Shown here piece by piece: positions 34,232 to 44,185 of a stretch of DNA of 63,577 bases (the first letter of the stretch is position 1; each line of letters starts with the position of its first letter). The notes under the pieces are model-generated. The model had not been told where the DNA came from. It made no database searches and saw only the letters and a list, made by a program, of their open reading frames with translations. The position numbers and the translations under genes were made by a program. Source of the stretch: a virus (lineage: Duplodnaviria > Caudoviricetes); IMG/VR virus record IMGVR_UViG_3300033183_000158, positions 1 to 63,577 of that record, one strand, 5' to 3'.

Positions 34232-34510
34232 ATGGGTTACATTCCATTGGGTGCGACATTGGTTATCAAGGCACCAAAGATTAGCGAGAAGACTGAGGCA
34301 GGAATCCTGAAGTCTGAGGCAATGATTAAAGAAGAGAAGATGAGCTGGGACGGCACAGTAGATGTTATTGCTGTGGGTCCTATGTGTAAGCACATCTCTG
34401 CGGGTATGAAGGTGTTGTTGCAGACGAATGCAATCATGCACCCTGTACTTATTGATGGTGACGAGTATTTGCAGGTAGAAGAATACTCAGTGCTAGGGTA
34501 CTACAATTAA
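34232..34510 (+). CDS. groES: Co-chaperonin GroES
   Basis: PLGATLVI, EKTEAGIL mobile loop, VIAVGP, YLQVEEYSVLG. Confidence 0.85.
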   Translation: MGYIPLGATLVIKAPKISEKTEAGILKSEAMIKEEKMSWDGTVDVIAVGPMCKHISAGMKVLLQTNAIMHPVLIDGDEYLQVEEYSVLGYYN

Positions 34511-34568
34511 AAAGTGTATACAAGGGGTGTGACTCGTTTTTGAAGATGTAAAACGTATACATTTTCTA

Positions 34569-34576
34569 TATATTTG
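34569..34576 (+). promoter_or_regulatory. Bacteroidota -7 promoter element TATATTTG
   Basis: Matches TAnnTTTG, 27 nt before the ATG at 34604; -33 box unclear. Confidence 0.5.
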
Positions 34577-34603
34577 GTTGTATATCAATTTAAGTAAAAT
34601 AAT

Positions 34604-34912
34604 ATGCAAGCAGAAAAAGAAGGCTTTGTATACAGACTATACGACTTCAAAAGCGAGGAGCACTACCAGACCGTCAAGTTTACTGAGAAGAATACTGACG
34701 GCACTTTTAATCCTGGAACAACCAATGAAGAAGTGGTACAAATGTTGATTGACCGCTTCTACTACCTACAGAAGAACAACTGGTCGGCAGAAAATGCAAC
34801 GGTCATTATCCTGTTGAAGAATGTACGTCAGTTGTTGGCGAAACGTTTAAGTAGAAAAATCGAGAAGGTTAAGAAGTATAATGAACAGAGTAGTTCAAAT
34901 ACCAACAAATAG
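34604..34912 (+). CDS. Tad1-like anti-defence sponge protein
   Basis: TVKF...GTTNEEVVQMLIDRF-YLQ-WSAENA-LLAKR matches the Tad1 helix-hairpin pattern. Confidence 0.62.
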   Translation: MQAEKEGFVYRLYDFKSEEHYQTVKFTEKNTDGTFNPGTTNEEVVQMLIDRFYYLQKNNWSAENATVIILLKNVRQLLAKRLSRKIEKVKKYNEQSSSNTNK

Positions 34913-35219
34913 TAGAAACCTAGTAAGAGATTATGTACTAGCAGTAAACGGCATCCTGAAACTCACGGATCGTGAGGTTGAGGTGGTTGCTGCTTTTATA
35001 CGTTACGATAAAGAGAATGCAGCTACTCCCGCCGCACGTAAATATGTGGCAGAAGAGCTTGAGATGAAATCTGTTGCGGTGTTGAACAACTTTGTCAAGG
35101 CTTTAAAAGACAAGGGCGTGATACTTCCTGTCCCCGATCAAAGGAACAGGTACACCTATCACCCTATTATTAAGGACATAAACAAAGATGTATCAATACA
35201 AATACGGTTTGCTACCTGA
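34881..35219 (+). CDS. Winged-helix DNA-binding protein
   Basis: LTDREVEV, VAEELEM, NFVKALKDKGVI. Confidence 0.65.
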   Translation: MNRVVQIPTNSRNLVRDYVLAVNGILKLTDREVEVVAAFIRYDKENAATPAARKYVAEELEMKSVAVLNNFVKALKDKGVILPVPDQRNRYTYHPIIKDINKDVSIQIRFAT

Positions 35220-35400
35220 GGAATACATAATTGAATACCTATTTACGGTGGACGAGACTAGAGAGATGTTTCAATTTCTCAAGCATCAGGAGAATGCCTT
35301 TTACGAAGCAAATTTGATCTATAACCACGAAATAGAACACAACGAAGAGTCGGAGTGGACGCTCAGATTCTTTATATCAACAAAAGATGGGGAAACGTAA
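35188..35400 (+). CDS. Hypothetical protein
   Basis: Overlapping operon chain. Confidence 0.45.
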   Translation: MYQYKYGLLPEEYIIEYLFTVDETREMFQFLKHQENAFYEANLIYNHEIEHNEESEWTLRFFISTKDGET

Positions 35401-35638
35401 CGAGGTTAAACAAGAGATCTACAGGGAAATAGCCAAAGAGACTGGAGGTACAATCCAAGAGATAGAGAAATGTGTGGAAGCGCAGTTCAGTTTTATCGAG
35501 AAGATCATACGTAGGGGAGAGTTCGATACTGTACGTATGCCATACCTTGGAAAGTTCACAGTCAAGCCAGGAAGAGTAAAAATGTTAAACAATAAGAATG
35601 CGATTATTCAGAGAAGAAAACTTTCAGGTGATAATTGA
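35387..35638 (+). CDS. HU/IHF-like protein
   Basis: IYREIAKE and VRMPYLGKFTVK; IHF homologues are usual in this crAss module. Confidence 0.75.
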   Translation: MGKRNEVKQEIYREIAKETGGTIQEIEKCVEAQFSFIEKIIRRGEFDTVRMPYLGKFTVKPGRVKMLNNKNAIIQRRKLSGDN

Positions 35639-36179
35639 CCCTGAGTTAAAGACCATTCCACAGTTTAAACGCATCATCACTAGAGATCGCGACAGAAAAA
35701 AGCGCGCAGCTTTTAAAGAGCTGGCGTATATCTACTTTGTCTACGATTATAAAAGCCCTTACTTTATATATCCAGAAGCCGAGCGCCGCACTAGAGTGCG
35801 CAAAGACTTAGATCTAGAGCCAGGCTGGATGGAAGACAGCGAGATGAAGCAAGCCATTGCTAAGTACGTCTCGTTCTTAGATACCCCTACTATTAAATCA
35901 CTGATTGCTATTCGTGAAGGGCTGTTGTCCTCTGCGAAGGTTATTGATGCACTACGAATGCGCATTGATGAGACGCTCGCTGATGCCATGGATGATGAGG
36001 CGGAGGATTCCGTGGACATCGGCAGCGTTGTAAAGAGTGTGACACAGCTTATAGAGCTGAGTGAGAAACTGCCAAAAGCCATAGACACAATATCTGACCT
36101 AGAAGATAAGGTTAAGAAAGAGCAATCTAACGATGCTCGTATAAAAGGTGGTGGAACTAAAGGTATGTTTGAGGACTAA
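35598..36179 (+). CDS. Pre-terminase protein (small terminase subunit candidate)
   Basis: ELAYIYFVYDYKSPY and a C-terminal RIKGG; lies upstream of terL. Confidence 0.55.
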   Translation: MRLFREENFQVIIDPELKTIPQFKRIITRDRDRKKRAAFKELAYIYFVYDYKSPYFIYPEAERRTRVRKDLDLEPGWMEDSEMKQAIAKYVSFLDTPTIKSLIAIREGLLSSAKVIDALRMRIDETLADAMDDEAEDSVDIGSVVKSVTQLIELSEKLPKAIDTISDLEDKVKKEQSNDARIKGGGTKGMFED

Positions 36180-36439
36180 TGAAACAGATTAAAGAAATCA
36201 TAGAGGGCTGGGGTCGACTAGCGCAGGATAAAATCATGGGTGTAGATACTGACATGAGAAAGCTTGCAGATAGCAGACTAAACGTCTGTGAGACGTGCCC
36301 ACTAAGATCTTATAATAGATGTGATCCTAGAAAAGAAGGACCACATGTAAAAACAGGTAAAATAACTAAGGGATGTGGCTGTATTTTAGGCGCCAAAGTT
36401 TTGGCAGCTACAGCAGAATGTCCTTTAGGTAAGTGGTAG
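36179..36439 (+). CDS. Cys-rich putative metal-binding protein
   Basis: RLNVCETCP...GCGC..K....ECPLGKW. Confidence 0.65.
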   Translation: MKQIKEIIEGWGRLAQDKIMGVDTDMRKLADSRLNVCETCPLRSYNRCDPRKEGPHVKTGKITKGCGCILGAKVLAATAECPLGKW

Positions 36440-36440
36440 T

Positions 36441-38417
36441 ATGTTTACAAACACAGAAGAGTTTAGAAGAGAGGCGTTACACTACCTGAAACACGGGTAT
36501 TACTGTGCAGATACACCAGGATCTGTAGCATACTACGAATATTGGCAGGAACAACTGCGTAGATGTCGTGAGGGCTACAGTGTTGGCGGTATGCACATTA
36601 CAGGACACCACTATTTCTATTTAAACTTCTGTCAGATCAAGCTTACAAAGGTTGGTAACGAAAAAGTTACCAAGAACGCTACAAAGATTGTAAGCTTTCC
36701 AGACTTCTGGGACGGCGATTGGGAATTCTTCACTGCACTGCAAAAAGCACGTGAGGAAGGTAAGCATGTTATTGTAGGTAAAGCCCGTCGTAAGGGGTTC
36801 TCGTACAAGAACTCTGCTATTGCTGCTAATACCTACAACACTGTCAAGAATAGTTACACGCTACTGTGTGCTCATGACAAGAAATACCTGTATCCTAAAG
36901 GTATTATGACTATGACGGTAGATCACATGAACTTCTTAAACGAGAATACTGCGTGGTCAAAGCGTCGTCAGGCTGTAGATAAACAGAATCATAAACGTGC
37001 CAGCTTTTATGAGTATATCAACGGACAACCTGTAGAGCGTGGTTACAAGTCTGAGGTAGAGGCGATAACCTTTAAGGATAATCCGGATGCCGCGAGGGGT
37101 AAGGATGCGACTCTTGTAATATTTGAAGAGTGTGGAGCCTTTGACAACCTCAAGGATTCGTTTATGGCAACTAAGCCTACGGTAGAAGATGGTGGTATTA
37201 CGACGGGACAAATAATTCTGTTTGGTACGGGTGGTGATATGGAAGGTGGAACAATTGACTTTGAGAGTATGTTCTATAATCCGGATACATACAATCTTTA
37301 TGCCTTTGACAACATCTGGGATGAAGGAGCCGAAGGGACTTCGTGCGGATTCTTCTTTCCTGATTACAAGAATAAGGTCGGATATATGGACAAAGAGGGT
37401 AACTCTCTTGTTGCAGATGCCCGACTTGCAGAAGAAGCTAAACGTGAGAACATTAAAAGAACCTCAAAAGATGCTGGTGTTATTGATAAGCATGTCACTG
37501 AATATCCTTTTAATCCTAAAGAAGCCTTCCTACAGAAGAGCGGTAATGTATTTCCTACAGCTGCTCTTGTTGAGCATCGCAACAATATTATGCGTACTGG
37601 GGTTTTTAAAAATATTGGGGTAAACGGTTATTTGATCCAATCCCAAAACGGTGTAAAATTCAAACCTAACGAAAATGCTATACCTGTATTAAAGTTTCCA
37701 CACGACAAAGGGTCTAATGTAGAAGGGTGTGTAGTTATGTACCAGACTCCGTATACAGATGATTCGGGGCAAATCCCTGATAACATGTACATTATAGTGC
37801 ATGACCCCTATGCACAGGACGGCGGTAGTGGTAAATCGCTTGGCGCTGCCTATGTAATCAAACGTGTCAACCCTATATCTAAGCCTGACGACATGATCGT
37901 AGCTAGTTATGTAGGTAGACCTCAGACACAGGATGAGTATAACTATAACTTATTCCTACTTGCAGAGTATTACAATGCACGTATCGGGTTTGAGAATGAT
38001 CGTGGTGAAGTAGTACCTTATGCAAAAAGAACAAGAAATTTAAAGTGGCTGTTGCCTGAAGCAGAAATATTTAGTAAGAACGACAATGTCAGTATTCGTA
38101 AGCTTGGACGTACGTATGGAACCTCTATGGGATCTAAAGAACGTAAGGGTCAGGCAGAGATATACTTACGAGATTGGCTTAGAACTCCGCGTGGGGTTTC
38201 AGAGTCTGGTGAAAAAAAGTTAAATTTGCATTATATTTACGACTTAGCATTACTAGACGAGCTTATTAAGTATAGGAAAGGTAACTTCGATAGGGTTTCA
38301 GCACTGCTTGTTGGTATGTTTCATCTTATTGCGCTATTTAACCGAACAGTTGAAGAAGCGGAAGAGCGGAGCTATACCAGCAATGACTCATTTTTTAATC
38401 GTGAATTGTTTACGTAA
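36441..38417 (+). CDS. terL: Terminase large subunit
   Basis: ITGHHYFYLNF, KARRKGFSY Walker A, FEECG Walker B, GTGG, HDPY, GNFDRVSA. Confidence 0.95.
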   Translation: MFTNTEEFRREALHYLKHGYYCADTPGSVAYYEYWQEQLRRCREGYSVGGMHITGHHYFYLNFCQIKLTKVGNEKVTKNATKIVSFPDFWDGDWEFFTALQKAREEGKHVIVGKARRKGFSYKNSAIAANTYNTVKNSYTLLCAHDKKYLYPKGIMTMTVDHMNFLNENTAWSKRRQAVDKQNHKRASFYEYINGQPVERGYKSEVEAITFKDNPDAARGKDATLVIFEECGAFDNLKDSFMATKPTVEDGGITTGQIILFGTGGDMEGGTIDFESMFYNPDTYNLYAFDNIWDEGAEGTSCGFFFPDYKNKVGYMDKEGNSLVADARLAEEAKRENIKRTSKDAGVIDKHVTEYPFNPKEAFLQKSGNVFPTAALVEHRNNIMRTGVFKNIGVNGYLIQSQNGVKFKPNENAIPVLKFPHDKGSNVEGCVVMYQTPYTDDSGQIPDNMYIIVHDPYAQDGGSGKSLGAAYVIKRVNPISKPDDMIVASYVGRPQTQDEYNYNLFLLAEYYNARIGFENDRGEVVPYAKRTRNLKWLLPEAEIFSKNDNVSIRKLGRTYGTSMGSKERKGQAEIYLRDWLRTPRGVSESGEKKLNLHYIYDLALLDELIKYRKGNFDRVSALLVGMFHLIALFNRTVEEAEERSYTSNDSFFNRELFT

Positions 38418-38425
38418 ACCTTAAT

Positions 38426-40678
38426 TTGATGCCGTTAATTCCGAAACAAAAACTACCATCTTCCAAGAAGAACCAGGAATGGGGGGAGAAGTGTATACAA
38501 GCTTACATTGCGGAGTCTTCGTTTTCATCCACAGACAAGGCAGGTCTGGTAGATTTGTATGAAATATACAACGGTGAGTTAGACGAGGGTAGATACAATT
38601 ATGTGACTAATCCGTATAACTCTGAGAAGTGGAAGAAAAGAAACTTCCCTGCTAAGCTTCGTAACTATAACATTATCAAGCCTGTAGTAGATCTACTATT
38701 GGGTGAAAAAGCTAAACGTCCAAACAGCTATCAAGTTGTCGTACGTAATGCAGATCTACATTCTCGCAAAGCAGAAGAGATTCATAAACAAGTTTTAGAC
38801 TCTTTACAGCAAATGTTTATCAATGAGCTTAACGCTCAAGGGGTAGACACTGGTGTAGAATCACAAGAGGTCCCTACTCCGAAAGAAGTAGAGCAGTTTA
38901 TGAATGTAAACTACAAAGACTCACGTGCTATCATTGGGCAACAGTCTTTAGATTATTTGCGTGACTACTTAGATCTAGAAGATAAATTCCAAAAAGCTTT
39001 CTTTGATTGGCTTATTACAGGTCATGTGTATTCTTACAAGGGTACTTGTATGGATGATGTAGAGTTTGAGATCGTATCTCCTCTAGATATTGATTATCAA
39101 AAATCTCCAGACATGGAGTTTATTGAAGATGGTGATTGGGTAGTACGTCGTAAGATTATGACTACTAATGCTGTCGTAGATGCTTTCTACGATGTATTAA
39201 CACCTCAGCAGATAGACGACCTAGAAAGTCCAAGCTCTCGTAGAGAAGGCTCAGGCTATTTAGGTGCAGCTCTTAACCCTACACACGAACAAGATGATAC
39301 TGATCGCTATGTAGAAGTAATGCACGTTACCTGGAAATCATTCCGTAAGGTAGGTATTCTTACATACACAGATGAGTTTGGGTTCTTGCAAGAGATGGAA
39401 GTAGACGAAACATACAAACCTGATAGAGATGCTGGTGAAAGATGTCAGTGGTTCTGGGTTAATGAAGTATGGGAAGGCTACCGCATCGATGGTAACATCT
39501 TTGTTAACATCCAGCCGTTTGAAGTACAGCGTCCGTCTATGTCTAACCTCAGCTTATGTAAACTCCCTTATAATGGTCGCCACTATTCTAACCGTCATGC
39601 GGATAACGTTTCTATTGTATCTATGGGTCTTCCTTATCAGATTCTTTATAACGTGTTCCATTATCGTATGGAGCTTACCATGGCGAAAAATAAAGACAAG
39701 ATTGCGCTTATAGAGATGAACACTATCCCTAAGCGTCATGGGTGGGATGAAGAAAAGTTCATGTACTATGCAGATGCAATGGGTTTTGCCTTTATTGATT
39801 CTACTGCTGAAGGTAAGAACCAAGAACGTGTTACTTTTAACCAGTACCAAGTTCTTGACATGTCTTTGTCGCAGTACATCAGTGCTCAGTTCCAACTACT
39901 ACAAGCTATTAAGCAAGAGTGGGAAGACTTAGTAGGTATTACCCGTCAGCGTAAAGGACAAGTAATGGCGTCAGACGGTTCAGGAGCTACAGAACGTGCT
40001 GTATTCCAGTCGTCTGTAATGACTGAAGAGTTGTTCCGTAAGTTTGAGAAGTACGAAGAGAAAGAAATGCAAGGACTATTAGACTGCTCTAAGTTTGCTT
40101 GGCGTGGTGGTAAGAAGACGGCATACATTACTTCGGATTATCGTAATGAGTTGCTAGATATTGACGGACAAGAGTTCTCAGAAGCTGAGTACGCTGTGTT
40201 TGCTAAAAACTCTAGCAAGGAAAATACTAAACTTGAAACATTTAAATCTCTTGCACTATCGTTTGCACAAAACGGATCTGAGCCTAGCACGGTTGCAGAA
40301 ATCCTTGATTCTGACAATTTCTCTAACATTAAACGACTTGTTAAAGAAGCCGAGGTTAAAAAGCAAGAGCTTGAAGCTCAGCAACAACAAGCTCAGCAAG
40401 AGCAACAAATGCAGCTGCAGCAAATGCAAATGCAAGCTCAAGCCGAAGCAAGAGAGTTTAAAGCAGGTGAAAACCAAGCAGACCGTCAAAACAAACTAGA
40501 CGTAGAGGCAATGAAGATTGCAGGACGTCAGCAAGATCAGGATGCTAATAACAACGGTATTCCAGACTATATGGACATTCAACGAGTAGCTATGGAGGAA
40601 AAACGAATCGAATCAAACGAGCGAATTCAGAACAGAAAGCTTGATATTGAGGAGAAGAAGATTAACAAAAAAGACTAA
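38426..40678 (+). CDS. Portal protein
   Basis: Follows terL; YNIIKPVVDLLLGE, WVNEVWEG, KLPYNG, GITRQRKG; Q-rich coiled tail. Confidence 0.92.
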   Translation: MMPLIPKQKLPSSKKNQEWGEKCIQAYIAESSFSSTDKAGLVDLYEIYNGELDEGRYNYVTNPYNSEKWKKRNFPAKLRNYNIIKPVVDLLLGEKAKRPNSYQVVVRNADLHSRKAEEIHKQVLDSLQQMFINELNAQGVDTGVESQEVPTPKEVEQFMNVNYKDSRAIIGQQSLDYLRDYLDLEDKFQKAFFDWLITGHVYSYKGTCMDDVEFEIVSPLDIDYQKSPDMEFIEDGDWVVRRKIMTTNAVVDAFYDVLTPQQIDDLESPSSRREGSGYLGAALNPTHEQDDTDRYVEVMHVTWKSFRKVGILTYTDEFGFLQEMEVDETYKPDRDAGERCQWFWVNEVWEGYRIDGNIFVNIQPFEVQRPSMSNLSLCKLPYNGRHYSNRHADNVSIVSMGLPYQILYNVFHYRMELTMAKNKDKIALIEMNTIPKRHGWDEEKFMYYADAMGFAFIDSTAEGKNQERVTFNQYQVLDMSLSQYISAQFQLLQAIKQEWEDLVGITRQRKGQVMASDGSGATERAVFQSSVMTEELFRKFEKYEEKEMQGLLDCSKFAWRGGKKTAYITSDYRNELLDIDGQEFSEAEYAVFAKNSSKENTKLETFKSLALSFAQNGSEPSTVAEILDSDNFSNIKRLVKEAEVKKQELEAQQQQAQQEQQMQLQQMQMQAQAEAREFKAGENQADRQNKLDVEAMKIAGRQQDQDANNNGIPDYMDIQRVAMEEKRIESNERIQNRKLDIEEKKINKKD

Positions 40679-40684
40679 AACATA

Positions 40685-40705
40685 TAAAAAGTTTATATTA
40701 AAAGG
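40685..40705 (+). promoter_or_regulatory. Late promoter candidate, copy 1
   Basis: TAAAAAGTTTATATTAAAAGG, identical to 44661-44681. Confidence 0.6.
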
Positions 40706-40754
40706 CTTTTTAACAGACAGTATTAACCCCTTATAATTCTTTAATTTTACAGCA

Positions 40755-41837
40755 ATGAGCGCAGATAAGTTAGATTTAAGCCAGGTCAGTGTTAGTGATA
40801 TCTTTAACGATAACGGACCTACACCAGAACCTGTAGTGGATGAGTCTTCTGAAGCAGTAGACGAGCAACCACAAGACGAACCTCAGCAAGATGAAGAATC
40901 TGTTGACGAGCCGCAGGCAGAAGATATGCAGGCGGAAGAAGAAGATGTTGATGAGCCTATAAGCTCTGACAACGGTGAGCAGCAATCAGAAGAAGAAGAG
41001 TCTATTATTAGCGAGCTTCAAGCCAAACTTGGTTACGAGCTTGATGAAGACTTTGACGAAAGCATTGAAGGTCTTACACAGTTTACTAAAGCTACTGCAG
41101 AGAAGATGGCACAAGAGCAGATGCAGAATGTGTTTAATGCATTCCCAGATGTTCAAGAGTATCTTAACTACAGAGCTAATGGTGGAGATCCTCGTCAGTA
41201 TTTTCAAACAGCAGCACCAGAGCGTGACTTTAGCGCAATGGAAGTAACTTCAGAAGATGTTACTACACAGAAGCAAATAGTAGGAGCATATTTAGAATCA
41301 CAAGGTTTTGATCAATCAGAGATCACAGAGACTTTGGAAGATTACGAAGATGCAGGAATCCTTGAGCGTCATGCTAAAAAAGCGTTAACACGTTTGCAGG
41401 CAAAACAAGCTCAGGATAAACAAATCCTATTACAGCAGCAACAAGCACAAGCACAGCAGCAAGCAAAGGAGAATGAAAGAATGTGGAATGAGATCAACGG
41501 ATTGGTTCAAGAAGGAACCTTGAAGGGTCTTACAATTCCAGAGAGAGATAAGAAGCGTTTCTTTAATTGGATGGCAGCTCCAGTAGATCAGCAGGGAAAT
41601 TCTCAGCGAGCTATTGACCGCTCTAAGCTAGACCAAGAAACACTCTTAGCACTTGAATACATAGTTTATAAAGGCTTTGACTTATCTAAGTTAGTAGCCA
41701 ACAACAATACAACACAGAAGGCACGTTCCTTGCGTAGTAAATTATCTAAAGGAACTAGCAGTACAAGTCGAATGAAGAGCAGCAAGCCGGGTTATACTAA
41801 AGCACAAAAACTACCGGATTTAAAAGATTTGCTTTAA
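40755..41837 (+). CDS. Scaffold-like protein
   Basis: Very acidic N-terminus and coiled coil; between portal and capsid genes. Confidence 0.75.
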   Translation: MSADKLDLSQVSVSDIFNDNGPTPEPVVDESSEAVDEQPQDEPQQDEESVDEPQAEDMQAEEEDVDEPISSDNGEQQSEEEESIISELQAKLGYELDEDFDESIEGLTQFTKATAEKMAQEQMQNVFNAFPDVQEYLNYRANGGDPRQYFQTAAPERDFSAMEVTSEDVTTQKQIVGAYLESQGFDQSEITETLEDYEDAGILERHAKKALTRLQAKQAQDKQILLQQQQAQAQQQAKENERMWNEINGLVQEGTLKGLTIPERDKKRFFNWMAAPVDQQGNSQRAIDRSKLDQETLLALEYIVYKGFDLSKLVANNNTTQKARSLRSKLSKGTSSTSRMKSSKPGYTKAQKLPDLKDLL

Positions 41838-41865
41838 TAACTTTAATTTTTAATATTTCTAAATC

Positions 41866-43296
41866 ATGGCAGCTGATAATTTGAAAAAATTACGTCTGTA
41901 TCAGGATACCTTCAACGCTGAAGGCATGACCGACGAGAACTCGTTGGCAAATGCTTTGTTGACTGAGCCTGATAAGTTGTCTCCAGTCCTGACTCACTTG
42001 GCAGGTCGTGAAGACAAGCGTTTCCCTCTCTCTTTCTTGACTGAGGGTATGAACAATGTCAAGTACATTAATGACATTGAGTACGATTACCCAGTAATGG
42101 GTCGCTTGAACAAGAGCGTTATGGCAACAGCACTTACTGGTACTGGTGCATCTCACTCTCGTTTCAAAGTAACTTTCGCGGAGAAGTGGTTTGTTAAGCA
42201 GTACATTATTGAGAATCCAGCGGGTATCCAAGCTCGTGTAATGGAGGATCCAGTAGAAGCTGCAGGTGGATGGCAGTACACGCTACAGTTGGTAACTTCA
42301 GACAGCTCTGAGTCTGTTTCTAGCTCTGACGTAGTAGGTAAGCAGTGGGTTCAATTGTTTGCCCCAACTGCATTCTCAGGATCTCGTGGTAACGAGAGCA
42401 ACTGGGTTGCACCATCTAAAATGCGTAACCAGATCTCTTTGATTCGTAAGTCTTACCGCTACGAAGGTAACATGCCTGACCGCGTTGTCAACGTTGAGTT
42501 GAACGTAGGTGGTCGCACTACCAAATTGTGGTACGATTTCGAAGAGTACCAGCACATGCTACGCTGGAAAGAAGAGACTGAATACTCTCTATGGTACTCT
42601 AAGTACAACCGCGATTCTGACGGTTTGATCCACTTGAAAGATGACAACGGTAAGCCAATTCCTCTAGGTTCTGGTGTAATCGAGCAGATTCCTAACGTGG
42701 ATACTTACTCTGACTTGACTGCTACTAAGTTGAAGAACGTTGTTCGTGATGCTTTGTACGGTGCTTCTGATGCTCAGCAAATGAACATTGTATTGTTCAC
42801 TGGTTTGGGTGGTCTAGAAGAGTTTGATAAGGCTATGAAAGATGAGATCTCTAGCGGATCTTACATCAAGAACACTGACCCAGCAAGCTTTATTACTGGT
42901 TCTGGTGCTAACTTGCAGTTGGGTGGATTCTTCACTAGCTACAAGCACATTGATGGTCACACTATTACTGTACGTCACTTGCCATTGTTCGACCACGGAG
43001 CCCGTGCATTGAACAGCGACAAGCACCCAGTAACTGGTTTGCCTCTTGAGTCTTACCGTATGATCTTCTTGGATATGAGCTCTTACGATGGTGAGCAAAA
43101 CGTTGCAATGGTTACACGTAAAGGACGTGAGCTTGTACGTTGGGCTGTAGCAGGTGCTTCTGTGCCTCCAGGATTCGCTGGTAACGCATTGCGTGCTAAC
43201 GACGTGGATGGTGCATCTGTACACTTCATGAAAGAATCTGGTATCTCTATTCGTCGTGCAACTAACTGTTTGCACCTCGAATGTGTGAAATCATAA
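41866..43296 (+). CDS. Major capsid protein
   Basis: 476 aa; KMRNQISLIRKS, GSGVIEQI, LGGFFTSY; strong codon bias; followed by a terminator. Confidence 0.92.
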   Translation: MAADNLKKLRLYQDTFNAEGMTDENSLANALLTEPDKLSPVLTHLAGREDKRFPLSFLTEGMNNVKYINDIEYDYPVMGRLNKSVMATALTGTGASHSRFKVTFAEKWFVKQYIIENPAGIQARVMEDPVEAAGGWQYTLQLVTSDSSESVSSSDVVGKQWVQLFAPTAFSGSRGNESNWVAPSKMRNQISLIRKSYRYEGNMPDRVVNVELNVGGRTTKLWYDFEEYQHMLRWKEETEYSLWYSKYNRDSDGLIHLKDDNGKPIPLGSGVIEQIPNVDTYSDLTATKLKNVVRDALYGASDAQQMNIVLFTGLGGLEEFDKAMKDEISSGSYIKNTDPASFITGSGANLQLGGFFTSYKHIDGHTITVRHLPLFDHGARALNSDKHPVTGLPLESYRMIFLDMSSYDGEQNVAMVTRKGRELVRWAVAGASVPPGFAGNALRANDVDGASVHFMKESGISIRRATNCLHLECVKS

Positions 43297-43302
43297 CAAT
43301 TA

Positions 43303-43350
43303 GGGGTTTAGGGGGAGTATGCTTCGGCACTCCCCCGAAATCCCATTTTT
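43303..43350 (+). terminator. Terminator after the capsid gene
   Basis: GGGGGAGT..GC-TTCG-GC-ACTCCCCC, an outer stem, then TTTTT. Confidence 0.82.
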
Positions 43351-43372
43351 AATATAGTAAACCCCATAGAAG

Positions 43373-44185
43373 ATGGCATCTAGAATTATAACAATTAAGC
43401 GTAGAGAGAATACTACAAACCTTCCTGATCACGTATATGCAGAAAGCAAAAGACGCATTGGTAGCGTTTTCACCAAGACAGGTGATATTTATTCAGGTCT
43501 GACCTTTCAAGAGCAAAAGAAGTTTTTACCATACATATTAGGTGTGGATGCATCGGACCCTGCGTTCGGTAAAGCAGTTAAGAATTATTTTCGGAATATG
43601 ACTATTGAGGTGCCTCTCGAAGGTACACAGCTAGAAGCTGGTACAGATGAGAGTGGTGAACCTCTAAACGTGATGGATTACGTAAAGTACAAATTTGCTA
43701 GTACACACCCCCATGTAGCTGGCGACGAGGGCGATTTGAGCTCAAGCCGCGGATACAAGTACTACATTTACGACGAAGCTCTAGAACTAGAAGAAGATTA
43801 CAATGAACTAGAGTACAGAAAGAAAGCTTACAAAGAATTCATCAAGCTTACAGACAACGAGAAGAAGATGGACATGGTTGTTCGTCTACACTTAGAGAAC
43901 CCAGCCAAGATGAGCTCAAAAGAGAAAGAGTTATTCTTAGAGGCAATGGTAGAAGAAGCACCCCTAAACTTCTACAATATTGCAACTAGCAAGACTCTTG
44001 AACTTGAAGCGTTTATTGAGGAATGTCTTACTGCAGAAGTTCTGCGTAAGGTGGGCAACTCGTTGTTGTTAGGTGATGAGAAACTTGGTGATAGTATGGA
44101 GGAGGCAGTACTGTTCTTGAAGGACAAGAAAAATAGTTCCACACTAACAACTCTCAAAGCTAGAGTACAACAATTTGCTGAATAA
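43373..44185 (+). CDS. Conserved crAss capsid-module protein (gene 75-like)
   Basis: Position directly after the capsid gene; PLNVMDYVKY. Confidence 0.65.
   Translation: MASRIITIKRRENTTNLPDHVYAESKRRIGSVFTKTGDIYSGLTFQEQKKFLPYILGVDASDPAFGKAVKNYFRNMTIEVPLEGTQLEAGTDESGEPLNVMDYVKYKFASTHPHVAGDEGDLSSSRGYKYYIYDEALELEEDYNELEYRKKAYKEFIKLTDNEKKMDMVVRLHLENPAKMSSKEKELFLEAMVEEAPLNFYNIATSKTLELEAFIEECLTAEVLRKVGNSLLLGDEKLGDSMEEAVLFLKDKKNSSTLTTLKARVQQFAE

Noticed and set aside
40365-40450. CAA/CAG-rich repeat in the portal gene (also ~41430-41465)
   Set aside because: Ordinary Gln-rich coiled-coil coding sequence.
27747-43296. Introns or inteins in polA, terL, portal or capsid genes
   Set aside because: All four are uninterrupted and of normal length, with no homing-endonuclease or intein motifs seen.
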